Shown here piece after piece: positions 1-12,582 of a DNA stretch of 64,000 bases. Source of the DNA: Bigelowiella natans CCMP2755 (Eukaryota > Protista > Cercozoa); NCBI GenBank assembly GCA_000320545.1, contig ADNK01000060.1, forward strand, positions 1-64,000, given 5' to 3'. The translations under genes were made by a program, and so were the position numbers. The stretch's first letter is position 1. Each line of letters opens with the position of its first letter. The notes under the pieces were generated by a model. The model was given only the letters and a program-made list of their open reading frames with translations, did not search any database and was not told the origin of the DNA.

Positions 1-49
1 TAATGCTTTGCAATTCCACACACATATACACACAAGCACAGAGCAACTT

Positions 50-132
50 TGTAGCCTAACCTACTACTAACTACTACTTACTCTTACTACTACTTACTCT
101 TACTACTACTTACTCTTACTACTACTTACTCT

Positions 133-170
<38 letters not shown>

Positions 171-172
171 AC
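50..172. repeat. (CTA)n/(CTTACT) microsatellite in kinase intron
   Basis: Directly visible; one of dozens of (CTA), (CAT), (GT), (AG), (AT) and (TTG) tracts in the window. Confidence 0.95.
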
Positions 173-174
173 AG

Positions 175-281
175 GTAACCAAGTTGTACGAAAAGGGTTC
201 TCTGGATGCCCTGCACGACAAATTTGATCTAAAGGTGTTAACGCTTGATAAACATCATCATTAGTGCATAATGCACACTCA

Positions 282-346
<65 letters not shown>

Positions 347-474
347 GCACAACCACACATATACACAGCGAAGCGTCGTCTTCTACAAGATCATGCTGGA
401 CGTCTCACGAGGTTGGTGATGCCATATGAATATAACAGTGTGTTTCTTACCACTGGTGCTTTGAGTCTCACAAC

Positions 475-506
<32 letters not shown>

Positions 507-3500
507 GTAGTAATATGGGTGTTACTATGTGCCTGTTGTTGCGATTGGCTGTAGGAACGGCGCATTTACACAGCATCGGCATCATTCATAGAGATATCCG
601 GTAGTAAGTAGTGGCAGAGAGCATAAGCAGCACCGCAGCCTTATAATCATCTGTCGCTGTCTTCTTCTTCGGGCAATGCACCTGTAAATCTCATATTCTG
701 CTGCCTGGTTTTAGATGCGCAAACATCCTAATGACGGGCGATCCTCGGAGGTGATATTCCTTATGATTCATTCAAAACGATTTGACTCCTCCATGCATAG
801 GCGAACACCGTCAATTTTGTTCTCTTGTGGTGGCTATGATGCAATGATGATGATCATGATGATGATGATGACGATGATGGTGATGGTGATTGTAACGCCA
901 AAAGGGGGTCTCATCGATGTGTTCTTGGAGATTGGGGATTAGCTCGAACGGTACGTTTCATTACTCAAACACACAGAAACGATTACTCTTTAAGCAATCG
1001 CCGAAACAAGTATTAAAAATATCATGGAAGAGTGTACTCGATATTGGTCCTTTTTACCTTCAATTTTGGTTGTTTTGTCGCGACCAGGTGAAAAGGCAGG
1101 AGGAGGGAGATGGAATCGGTGTAGGAGGGGGAGGAAGAAACAGCTTGAAAGATGCTTCTTCAAATATGCGCAATAATAATAGCAGCAACGGTGATAGCAG
1201 CCTTGGTCTCTACGACAACTCAAACAGTGTTAAAGCCTTATCCGTTAGCAGCAGCCGGGCAGCATCAAGCCGGTGTGTGCGTGTGTGCGTGTGCTTTTAA
1301 CTCTTAAAATAGATTGGATGCACAACGTCTCTCGCTCCTGCGTGCGCATGGATATGTTGATGATTGTCTCTGTCCTTCCATCATTACTTCCTTCTCCCCC
1401 TCCTCCTTCTCCCCCTCCTCCTCCTCTAGGCAAGTTCACAGCAAGTCACAGTTCACTGAGTTTTGCCGCGAGGAGGACTCTCCATATAATCTATGGAACG
1501 ACAGCTACAAAGAAAAGAAAGCATCAGTAGAAGAGAAGGAGGAGGAGGGGGGGGGGGGGGGGGGGAAAAACCATATAGTAAGCTCAGAAACAGCGATAAG
1601 GCCCAATACTAGTGGTAGTGGTAATAGTAGTGGCAATAACACTACCGATGATCCTCGTAGCAGCAGCTGTGCAATCCATACTAACAGAAATGGGCACGAG
1701 GGGAAGAAGAGAAGTATAAGAGCAGCGAAGAATCGTCCTGTCTGCAGCAGTATCTACTCGAACACGGCTTCAATGGGGGGGGATGAATTTGATTTTGGTA
1801 TACCTGCTGCTGCTACTACTACTACCACTGCTGCTGCTGAAGAAGAGGGAACTATCTATCATGAGTCAGATTCGTCAAGGATAACACATCGAAATACGGT
1901 CACCATAATAATAGTCATCGTAGTCGTCATCATCATCAACAACAACAACAACGCGCAATCTAGAAAGTAGAATCACAAGAGCGCCTACTGCTGTGAGAGG
2001 AAGAGTGGAGAACATATCGATTATCTCCTGCTCCTCCTCCTCCCCTTCTCTCTGAATTGTCATTATTATTCTTCTTAAGGTGGCTTATGCTACGAATAGT
2101 GTAAAGGCTACTGGCAATCCATTAACGGAGTCCTCGGTCGTCAAACAACTGCACGATTATTCTCAAGAAGCTCTAACCCATCATCATCATTATCATCACT
2201 TCCACCACCACTGTTTCCGTTCTTCTTTCCACTTCTTCTTCTAACGCTCGATATGCTTTCGTGCTGTGTGCTGCAGGAAACGTATGGAACAAGCGCGCGC
2301 AGCGACGATGGTAAAGAGGAATATCCCCTCACTAAGGAGGAAGAAATTCGAGCATACAAAGAGCGCTCGGTACTTAGTCTTTGCCAATGCTGATTTTTTG
2401 CATTCAGCATGGTTGAGGACGTTCTTATCGTATTGTGTTGTGTTGTGTGTGTGTGTTTGCTAGCAAATCCAGCTCCGAAGATTACTGTCATCAGATAATG
2501 GAAGCACCAATGACTCCGAGCGAAAGGTTGGCTTTGCATTATTAGCAGCTATCACAGATTTCTTTATTCTGCTGCTGTTCCGCTGCTTTGAATTGACTTT
2601 TGTAAAGCATTGAATTGTCCTATCATTTTACTCTCAAGACGTTTGTTTATACTTCCTATAAATGTTAAATATGTTTCGTTTGTCAGTGTGTGTACTTGAT
2701 TAAAATAATAATCGCTTCTTTGCTGTCGTTCAACTGCCCCCCCCTTCCCTTCTGCTACTTGCTGTTGTTACTTTTTTTGCTGATGGTGGGTGGTAACAAG
2801 AGTGCCTATCAGTTCACAGACGACGAAGGTGAAGAAGAAGAAGAATAAGAAGAACAAGAATACTGGCAGAAAGCATGATGACATACTAATAAAATACAAA
2901 ATAATATATAGAAAACTAATCAAAGATTACTGGTATAGATGTTGTTACATACTTTGATTTCGACTCTTCACCATTTCTCTGCCTCCTTGATTCACCCCGC
3001 TCAATTTCTCTCTCTCTCCTCTCTTTGTTTCCTTATTATCATAATGTAGGCGGGCCTTGTCCGTGGCCATGGACTGCTCCAGAAGCTTTCCTCACAGGTG
3101 TCTTCATCAAAGCAGCGTTAGTAAACACTGTGCATGTGTGTGTGTGTGTGTGTGTGTATAACCAACGTGGTGATTTACTACTACCCCTCAGGAACTTACA
3201 CAACCAAGGCAGATGTCTATATGGTGATGACTTTATAATGTATCATAATAATAATAATAATAATAATAATAATATTAAAAGTAATAATGATAAACACCCT
3301 GGCAGCAGCGCACACACGCAATCATCATTTCCTTGCTCGCTTACTCAAGATAGAAAGAATTTGATGGTTATTCGCATCTTATCACTAGAATACCAGCAAA
3401 ACACACACACACACGCGCGCACGCGCACAACTATTTGTTGTTAGATTGGCGTTGTGATGTGGGAGATTCTGACAAAAGGAGCTGAGCCTTACAAGTATGT

Positions 3501-4240
3501 TCTCTATCTGAAACAATGAATAATCAACGACAGATGATATAGATGAATGAATGCCAGCGAAAGATCGCGATTGTTTACTGCCGTGTTACGACGCATTACA
3601 GATACAACATACTGCTTGTTAGCTCAGCTTGAAGAGCCGTAGTATTAGTAGTAGTAGTAGTAGTAGTAGTAGCAGTTTTGATTATTATGATTCACGACGC
3701 CTCTGATGCGAGGAGAAACATTCATCCTTGATTTTGCGTTCTTATACTTTGAATGAATAACAGCTGGCGAAATAGGAAGGCTACAGACGTTATGGCAGGA
3801 AGTAATTCCTACATATTCAAATCCTCTACATTCTCCTGGAGAATCATGAATATTGATGACGATTCCTCCCCCTACTCCTTCTACTAATTGTCTCTTCATC
3901 GGACTAACTACCCGCACCAATGCAAGATTGATAGCACGAATCATCCCTCTCCTCGCTCTCCATATGGGATAATCTTCTCATAGAATGTGCGCTTGTGTTG
4001 TGTTGTTGTGTTGTCGTGCCTTGTCAGTCATGTCGTCACGATTGCGGCTGAGGTTTCCTCCGGGGACGAAATCGGGCATAATAAAGGCGGGGAGAAGGTG
4101 AAAGAACCGATGATAGCTAGCCAATGGTGGTGGTGGTGGTGGTGGTGGTGTGGTGGCAATGATGTCGATAAGCAATCCAAATATTAAAGGTGATGGTGAT
4201 AATGTGAATATAAGGAGCATATGTTTATGCTCTGCTCAGT

Positions 4241-4280
<40 letters not shown>

Positions 4281-4428
4281 TGCGGTGTAATTGCGTCTGA
4301 ATCGATAAACGACAACACCACGCATGATATTCATATTCAAATCTTCCTGTCAGATGTTTAACTCCCGTCGTTCTGCAACGACCAACAAGCGACGCTCTGG
4401 GGGGGCACTTTGAACGTCTCTACAAGTC
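175..4428 (+). CDS. Tyrosine-kinase-like protein kinase (5' end outside window; multi-exon)
   Basis: Phase-consistent GT-AG exons give kinase subdomains in order: 175-234 VTKLYEKGSLDALHDKFDLK; 369-411 KIMLDVSRG; 555-600 TAHLHSIGIIHRDIR; 715-750 CANILM; 905-950 RCVLGDWGLART; 3050-3097 GPCPWPWTAPEAFLT; 3192-3223 TYTTKADVYM; 3445-3494 IGVVMWEILTKGAEPY; ~4027-4090 RLRLRFPPGTKS; 4354-4428 CLTPVVLQRPTSDALGGHFERL. Confidence 0.9.
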
Positions 4429-4899
4429 AGTATATAGGCCGCACAATGTTCATTCATTAATTCTCGATACAGCGGACGATTAAGAACAAAGAAGAGTCCG
4501 TCTATCATACTATAATGCTGGCGCTTGTATCACTGAAATATGTTATAGAGAAGACTGCCGGTCTCCTTCGTCGTGCGACACGTATAACATCATAGATGCC
4601 ACCAGACTCCGTGAATACTGGCCATCTCCCTTCTTCATCCAATCACACTTCTTCTTCGTCTTAGGTCGGAGAAGACATTATTCCAAATATCGATACGCAA
4701 ACGCCTGCAACATGGATCATCCTTAGCAAGATTGCGGACAATGGAGATTGGTAACGATGATGGAGAAAACTATAGGAAGAAATAAATAAAGAGAATAGCG
4801 GTGTTGTTTTTAAAAAGACTCTGCACCGAGACACAAAATATCAACTGCATCTCCAATTTTGTCGATTGATGGTGCAGCTGTTGTCGGTATCTACCATTT

Positions 4900-5457
4900 G
4901 CTATTTGCTTCCTAAATTATCACAACATCTCAATGGAGGACAATGCCTTTGGTTGCTGGTAGAAAATGATGATGAGAGTGATGGTGAGGGGAACGTAGAA
5001 AAGCTTGAAGAGCTTGAAGGTCATTGATGAGGCATTCATGTTATAGTGATAATGCATCAGTGCGTTTGATGTATGCATGCCTGTCTGTGTGTTTGCAATG
5101 AGATCAGAGTGTACTGTACTAATATACAATATAATGCAAATAATACAGATATGCAGCAGCATCATACATGCACCGCAACTGCTAAATCTGATGATGTTCG
5201 TTTGTTACCGTATCTTGACCACTTCAGGCGAGTTGGATGGTGTGAAGAAAAGACGAAGTTTTACCGGTGCTCTGAAGGGGATGTTAAAAAGAGGAATGTC
5301 TGGTATTCTCTACGGAGTCCCTGCGCTGCAACGAAAATCAGATCTCGCAGCAAAACTGGAAGGGGGGATGGCAGCCGATGGCGATAGCGATGAAAAACAT
5401 CGATCTCAGGTGCAAGACAGTATGATTTGAAAAACTGTATGTTCTATGTGTGTGTAT

Positions 5458-5497
<40 letters not shown>

Positions 5498-5499
5498 GA

Positions 5500-5537
<38 letters not shown>

Positions 5538-6040
5538 ATTGCAGATGTTCGTTGCATAGAGAAAATGAAATGCCTTGTTGATCTTCTCGCAACAATTACT
5601 TCCTGGCCAATCTCATCATTTACATTATGCTGCGGTGTTGCTTCCTCAAGAACTACGCAGCAATTCGTGACGAAAGCACGTTGGGTGACACAAACACTAG
5701 AATGAATCCAAGAGGTACATCCCCGTATCATGATGGTGATGATGATGATTGTGTGAGCATGACGACAAAGACTCCGATTACGTGTCCTGTGACAGGACTA
5801 ACCCATCGCGTATAATACTCCCACAGATCGTCAATGTTAGTTAGTTACAGTCAGAGTGTCTTTACCATCGTTTGTCCTTTCCTTTATATCTCTTCTCACC
5901 TGAAGCAAATCTTCCCGCTCATCATCTTGATGTTTCTTCTACTGCAGGAATTCCTTTGAGGAAAATGACAAAGGTTGTCGAGGAGGAGGAAGAGGAGGGT
6001 TATGAAATTAACAATGGCGAGCAGAAACAACACCAACAAG
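4900..6040 (+). CDS. Probable C-terminal tail exons of the kinase gene (or an adjacent unknown gene)
   Basis: Splice-bounded open segments, e.g. ~5226-5409 GELDGVKKRRSFTGALKGMLKRG...HRSQ and ~5950-6040 GIPLRKMTKVVEEEEEEG. Linkage to the kinase is not established. Confidence 0.4.
5441..5535. repeat. Compound (GT)n-(GA)n microsatellite
   Basis: Directly visible. Similar compound tracts at ~283-343, ~21715-21835, ~22720-22805 and ~62525-62585. Confidence 0.95.
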
Positions 6041-6079
6041 GTCAGTAGTCAATTAAATGATGCAGACTCTGCGTTGTTA

Positions 6080-7600
6080 TCCCTGACAGAAAATGCTGGA
6101 AATGGAATGAAATCATTTTGAAAATTTTGCGCAAAATTGGTGCACCGATGCTGCATCGTGTGGGCCCTCCTCTTGTGCTGCCCCCTTTTGTTCTCGAATC
6201 ATTCCACATCGTACATTTTCCTATGGTTGTAGAAAACGAGAGAAGTAGGTGTGTGGGTGTTTGTGTTTCTGTTCATTTTTCACTACATTCACTCATTCAT
6301 GCAAACAAATTTTTGTTTTTGCGCACACATTCATTTTTCATTTCAGATTCTTTTCAACTTTTGAATTCGTTTAGGCACAAGTACCGCAAAGTACACACGA
6401 ATGCTTGATGATTCCGAAGATTAGAATGTGTGACTGTTTGCTCGCACAACTGCTCTCACGCCACATCCGTGGCCGGCGGTCACAGCGGTTCGTTGTGATG
6501 ATGCTCAATGTGAACAAATCTCAATCTGTAGCTGGCGATCCATTTGTCCTCCTGCATGTCACATGTGCATGCTGTCACGCAATTGATTGAGAACAAGGAA
6601 TTTGGATGCAAATCAAAAAGTTTGATGGCGAGCAGCACAGCGCCCAAAATGATGCAACGCAGCGCGGGCCCATGGTCTGCTAGTTCGGCGGGACAAGCTC
6701 ATTGTTGAAATCCTGAGGCCACATCCATGTGCCAAATTCCGACGCTGGAAAGAAAGAGAAAGATTGACCATGTCTAGCTGGCACAATGCAACGGTGAAGC
6801 ATGACACCTGCAGCTAGCTGTCTAGCTGATGCTGACAGCAACGACAATTGCGCAACGACCAAGCTAGCAAGCAAGCACACTGTCCAACTGTCCAGCTGTG
6901 GTGCACGCAGTGGTGCAGTACGTCGCTACTGTTGGTCTTGCTGGTGTGTGTGATGTGCACAATGATGACAACTCTTGTTGAACCTGCGCTAGCTGCGGTG
7001 TGGCAGGCAATGCCTGCCCACTTCTGCGATTGATTTGTGATGTGCAATCATTCTGGCATTGCACTTTTCCGTGCTGGCAGTGAGTTCAAAAAAGGATTGG
7101 GTGGGCACTTGAAAGAGAAAGGAACACGTGCAAGGAGAGCAGGTGTTGCTAGGCACAGTCAACAAGCAAATGTGGAAGCACAAAATGAGAGCATCGGTGG
7201 TCCAACACTCAAAATTCAATTGCCATGGATTGGTGAAAGAATCAGAAAGTGACCCAGTGATGGGCCAGTGGGGCAAGTGAGCAGTTCTCGTTCAACTTCT
7301 TTTGTGTGCAACTTCTTTTGTGTGTCAGGTGGTGACTTTGTCCATGCTGGGGTGAAGAAGTTGAAACAGACAGGAGAAGTTCCTTGCAAGGAGGGTGGAG
7401 ATTGCGATTTGTGCGAGGCAAGATGGTGAGGTGCAAACTGGATCATCCCACTAGGAGCGGAAGAATGGGCTCCACATCTGCTTGCTACCAAGGCGGTCTT
7501 CAGTTGTCGCATCAATTTGTTTGCCTCGTTTTTCTGCTTGGATTGAGCTCATGGACAAACCTAGGATGTTTTCACTGAGCGACAACCCCAAATCGCAAAA
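6080..7600 (+). mobile_element. Decayed retroviral-like (rve) integrase remnant, Polinton/PLV/virophage-like, within a TpA-depleted patch
   Basis: Ordered motifs across frameshifts: LLVC(V/D)V..TLVEP (~6935-6985), (D)AGSEFKKGLGGHLKEKG (~7070-7125), RHSQQANVEAQNESIG (~7150-7200), GKMVRCKLDHP (~7420-7450). Preceded by an A/T-homopolymer-rich non-coding stretch almost free of TA. No TIR or TSD found. Confidence 0.6.
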
Positions 7601-8149
7601 ACTTATATTGAAACTCAAATCTCTGCCAACAGACTCACCCGCTTTCCCCCAACCCTTCCAACACAACTCCTATTCTTCTCACTTCACCGCCACTGTCAAG
7701 GAAGCCCTGACATCGCGGCGGAAGGTACTAAGGGAAATGGTTTCGTTTATTTCTCACGGTTTCTGGCGCAAAGAGTGTAAAATAACTCCTCTTGGGAAGA
7801 CGTTTTTCAACTGAAAATACTTCCCGTATTGAGTGTGGAAAGCTTCCGGAAATATGGTGGCTGGGAACGCCATTTAGTATTCTAAACAACACAAGATTCA
7901 ATTGTGTGGAATACCAGATTTCCTCTCCGAGTTTCAACTCGCATAAAGTTATACATCACTACCTGCATTGCAAAACGTATGGTTTTGATATGACATCCTC
8001 GGTTGGACTGCTTGAACGATACAATTTTAAGCCCACATTATCCATTATCAATCTCGAGATGATAGTATTACTATTGAACATAATAATTGAGAAACTTTCT
8101 CTTTCGGCGCCGACCTGAAGACCACATGATGCACCGTAGGTTTTGACGG

Positions 8150-10572
8150 ATGAGTTCTGGAGGAAGATCTTCTCGTAAGCGCGGTCAGCAGCTTATTGTC
8201 CACAATCTTCTGTTTTTCTCTTCTCTGAACACGTTGATACATTTATTGGCATTGATGTCTTGAACATTTATGCGGGCTAATAAATGATGTTGTCGTCCAG
8301 GTGGCGATGGCATAGCCGGTTTGTCACTTGGCTTGGATGTGGCCAATTTGCAATCAGAGGCTGAGATCATGTATGTAACAAAAAGCAATATAAATATAAC
8401 TTGCTGTTAAAGAGACAAAAGTTTTTAAGTACACATCCCAGACTAAGATGTACAATGCACAAAGTAACAATTAGTGTATTGTCAACATTTCAGAACAGCA
8501 ACGCCGCGACGACCTGCTGGTGAATTCAGTGTTCTCACGGCCATGCAGTCAAACATGGCTGCTAGTTCCAAGCCCCCCCCTTCCGCCAGACTGCAGGGAA
8601 AACTTCTATCGAATAGCGAATCTAAACAAAGGAGATTGATGGATTCCCAACCGCAGGATGATGTGCAGGAAGGTATTAAGTCATCACACAACGGCTGCGA
8701 ATTATTCAAGATATTAGATTATCTGCATGTATAATAATAATAATAATAATACCTGTAAGGAACGATCACGTGCAAATATACTACCTATGTTGATGCAACT
8801 TGCACAATATTATGACCAAAACTATCATGTGCTTTCTTCTCCCTCTACTGTGCAGAGTCCGAGGACGAATATGGCGACGACGACTTCGATAACGATTACG
8901 ACGACGATTTTGAAGATGATCCAGCACTTGAAAAGCTAGATTTCGACGATATGAAGCAACCTCCTTCTGTGGTGAATTCCACTACAAATTCTTGACCGTT
9001 TGGTGGTGTTGTGATGGTGGATGCCGTTATTGTGAGAAACAAAGTGTATGATGATATATAAAAAGAGAAAAGCATTTGAATGTGAATGTGTGTGCTGTGT
9101 GTGCATTTTAAGAAGGTTCCTTCCAAGAAAAATGGTGGCTTTTCAATCCATTCATCATCATCATCATCATCATCCACAAACCAGAGTGCTCTTCGTTCGT
9201 ATAGGTGGTTAGTAGGCATAGTGCGATGATGTATATGCATGCCGCACACTACTTCTTTTGGTAGTTGTCGTAAGTAAAAATGCCGTCTACTTGTTTGAAG
9301 GATTACTTACGGAAGAGGAGAATAATAATAACAACATAAATAAGTGTCTTCAATAGAAGAACAAACATGGGGTTCTCGAAATCTACTCTTACTATGGTTT
9401 GATCTCTCTCTCTAATAATAGCCCTGCTTTGAGTCGGAGCCGCCAACACAAGCAACAACAACCAAAAGCAGGAGCAGCAGCAAGCGAGTGGCTGGTAGAG
9501 CGTGTCTATGTTCCGAAACGAAGAACTAGCCCAGAAGAACACGCCACAATTAAGAGGGAAAAGCAGGTAGTGGTGCGGTTAGATAGAGAATAGATGTGCC
9601 AGAACACCTCACCTCACAACTGAAGTAGTAACGTGAGACGATGTCATGATTTTGTGTATATGTTTATTTTAACCGCAATGATGATCCAAGTCGCTAGAAC
9701 TAATGCAAGTTCCCCCCTTTCATCCTCTCTCCTTCTGCTGCCTAAAGCGTGTAGACAGCATTATGCGTGATGTGGAGCTGAGCTTCGAGTCGTTTGATCT
9801 TATCCGCCGTGATGCCAAACGCCCTTACGAGGTACATAGAACATTGCTACTTCTAATAAAACAACAAACCAACAACCACGACATTCTTCTCTACCGACTG
9901 TTGCACAAGACGCGGAAGATTTGTTTTTCTCCTCTCTTGAGCACCCGTTGTCGCTTGATTCTTTCTCTATTGTTTTGCTACTAATAATGCATATATGGTG
10001 GTGACTGGCCATGACTGATCATCTCCCTTCACAAGGCTCACATTCGTGCTATTGCTCGGGGAAGCATCAAGGAATCCGCAACACAGTACAACGATGACTG
10101 GCGTGATGTGTCTGTGCAAACGGATAAGCTTAGAAAGCACAACATCGCAACGCAACATCCTGACTACTTGCAGACTGGAGCAGCCATCACAGATTCAGCA
10201 GCTGCTCGTCTTCCTGACTTCGTATATCGAGCTGCACAGGTAATAGAGTCGCTGATACTGGAGAGAAACAGAGGCATAGGGTTCTGGAGCTTACCGATAA
10301 CGACAGGAAGTGATGGATATTCCTACGCAGCAGCAGCTACTAAAGATGCCCCCCCCCTTACTACCGAGTCGTCATTTACACTCACGCTCCCCAGAGTTTT
10401 GAGTAGGAGGAGGGTGCTCTGCATGCATTTCTCGGCATCAGACCCCAACGTGCTGCTAGTGTCATATGGCAAGGAAAAAGGGGGAGGGAAGGAGGCGGAG
10501 GCGAAAGGAGAGAAGAAGTCGTCTCAGCCACGGCCATCGAGCAAAGGACCAAAGATGCATGTACGTAATAGA

Positions 10573-10609
<37 letters not shown>

Positions 10610-12582
10610 ATATAGGTGCTGTATAGGAAGAAGTAGTAGAAAAAAGGAAAGAGAAAGGGAAGAGGAGGGTTAAGAAAGCGCGATAATATTCAACAAGAAT
10701 AACAACCATTAGAACCACGAAAAGATATATTATGCTATCGCAATCCTTAAAACGACGAGCATCATTGACCTAGTGCATTTGTACATTTGTCTTCTTCTTC
10801 TCTACTTATTCTTGCTGTTGTCTTCACCCTTACCCTTCTATATGCTCAATACTACTGGCTACTACCACTAATGCTACTACAGGTTCTGAGCCCCAAGGAA
10901 TGGGAGGAGCAGGTGCTGCCCTTAAAGGCCTTAGTGTGTGTCTGGCGTATCAATCAGCCTGAATCACCCGCAACCGTCCTCTACCTAGAGGAGGAGGCTG
11001 TTAGCATAGGACTGTCGTTGGAGAATTACATCGCATTTGCAGGAACTCGATCTGGGTCTATTGTGGTGTGGGATCTGCGAGAGAAACCGATATTACATCG
11101 AAAGGCTGCTAAGGAAGGGCCATTGGAATCCCTAGTAGTGCTGCGGCATCCTTCATTCTCCACCGATCACTTGCTCGGCCAGAATCATACGTACCCTGTA
11201 AAGAAGGTCATCGCACTTCATTCTGAAGAACGCCAATACAGTAGTGGAGCTGGGGGAGCAGCAAGCGAAAATGGAAGAAAGGAAAATCAAAAGCACCAGC
11301 CAAACAGTAGTAATAGTAGTAGTAGTAGCAGCAGTAGTAGTAGCATAAGGAGGAGGAGGAAGAGGAGGAATACGACCTCTTTCCAGCTTGCTAGCGTCGA
11401 TGAAAGCGGAACAACCATTATATGGACTATTGTGGAGCTACAAACGGTATGCAAATAATAATCATAATAATAATAATAATATATACATAAGCATGCACTA
11501 TTCGATGGTACATGTTGACCACATCATGATGATTTTCATTTACTCCTCCCCTTCATCAGGGTGACGTCGCTGGGTCGGAGACTGATTTCGGGCTCAATCT
11601 TGGTTCTCGCATCAAAGTTATAAAATCCATAGAATTGCTTAGAAGCGATAAGCTGCGGTGCCATGCAGCCATCGACATTAAGATGAGCAAGAAAGACCCA
11701 TCGCACCTCCTGCTAGCTCTGCAAAACGGAACTGTGACTCGAAGAAGCAGATTCGGCGGACGACCCTCTCCTACTGCTTACTTCAACTTGAAACAGGGTG
11801 CTTTCGAGGAGGAAATCACCGATTTCAACGACGAGTATCTAATGGGAAAGGAAAGTCAAGAAGGCGAGGCGAAGGAAGCTACTACTGCTGCTGCTGCTAG
11901 AAATAAGGATTGGGGCTTCAATTGGGAGCTTTTGGAGCCTGAAAAGGAACCGGATGCGAGAGCTAGTTTCACGCGGCTGATGTCCAACGGTGGGTCGTTG
12001 CTAAATTCCGACAAGAAGGACACCAGTAGCAAATTCCTCGATATGCCACCTCCCTGTGCCCTTCGAGATCCTTGCACATGCATCGCCATTTCCCCATTTT
12101 GCCATGACTTCTTCCTCACTGCGTATCGCAGCGGTCAGCTCAGTTTATTCCGTCTATCCCTTTGCCGCCCAGTAAAGACTTGGTCTATGTTTGGCAACGG
12201 AGCCATACGGAATGTACGATGGTCATCGACTCGTCCTGCTGTCTTCTACGCTCTAGATGCCTCCGGAATGCTACACTCATTTGACCTCTTGCAAACGGAA
12301 TACGGCCCTGCCAACTCTATTCTGCTCGAGAAAGCGACGAGGGGAGCTGCATCCACATCACTCATCGATCTCTCGTGCGCTACCCAAGAGGCAAAGGAAG
12401 CTGCTACAGGAATTTATAAGAAGAATAAAAGAGAAAACAAGACAACAATGATGCGGCCTACGTTAGCTTACGCGGACCAAGCAACAGCCACGATTACCAT
12501 TTCCGGTGTCACAGGGAAGTACGCCATACCCAAAAAAAACGAATTGGTGGAGCTTCAGAGTCTTTTGTCTCACCTTTGTTGA
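8150..12582 (+). CDS. DYNC2I1: Cytoplasmic dynein-2 intermediate chain 1 (WDR60/FAP163), WD40 protein
   Basis: ATG 8150 (MSSGGRSSRKRG) with phase-consistent first exons. Acidic DEYGDDDFDNDYDDDFE tract. IMRDVELSFESFDLIRRDAKRPYE and ESATQYNDDWRDVSVQTDKL..IATQHP match the WDR60 N-terminal conserved region. WD40 motifs VCVWRINQPESP, GSIVVWDLRE, LASVDESGTTIIW, VRWSSTRPAVFYALD. Stop at 12582. Confidence 0.88.

Noticed and set aside
3645-3944. Minus-strand 99-aa ORF as a nested gene inside the kinase
   Set aside because: No recognisable motif, ends in a microsatellite, and has no supporting neighbouring exons.
6080-7600. CpG-methylation (5mC deamination) decay as the cause of the TG/CA excess
   Set aside because: CpG remains common in both patches; the missing dinucleotide is TpA.
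6080-7800. Terminal inverted repeats or target-site duplication for the integrase relic
   Set aside because: No convincing inverted or direct terminal match was found by eye, so element ends remain undefined.
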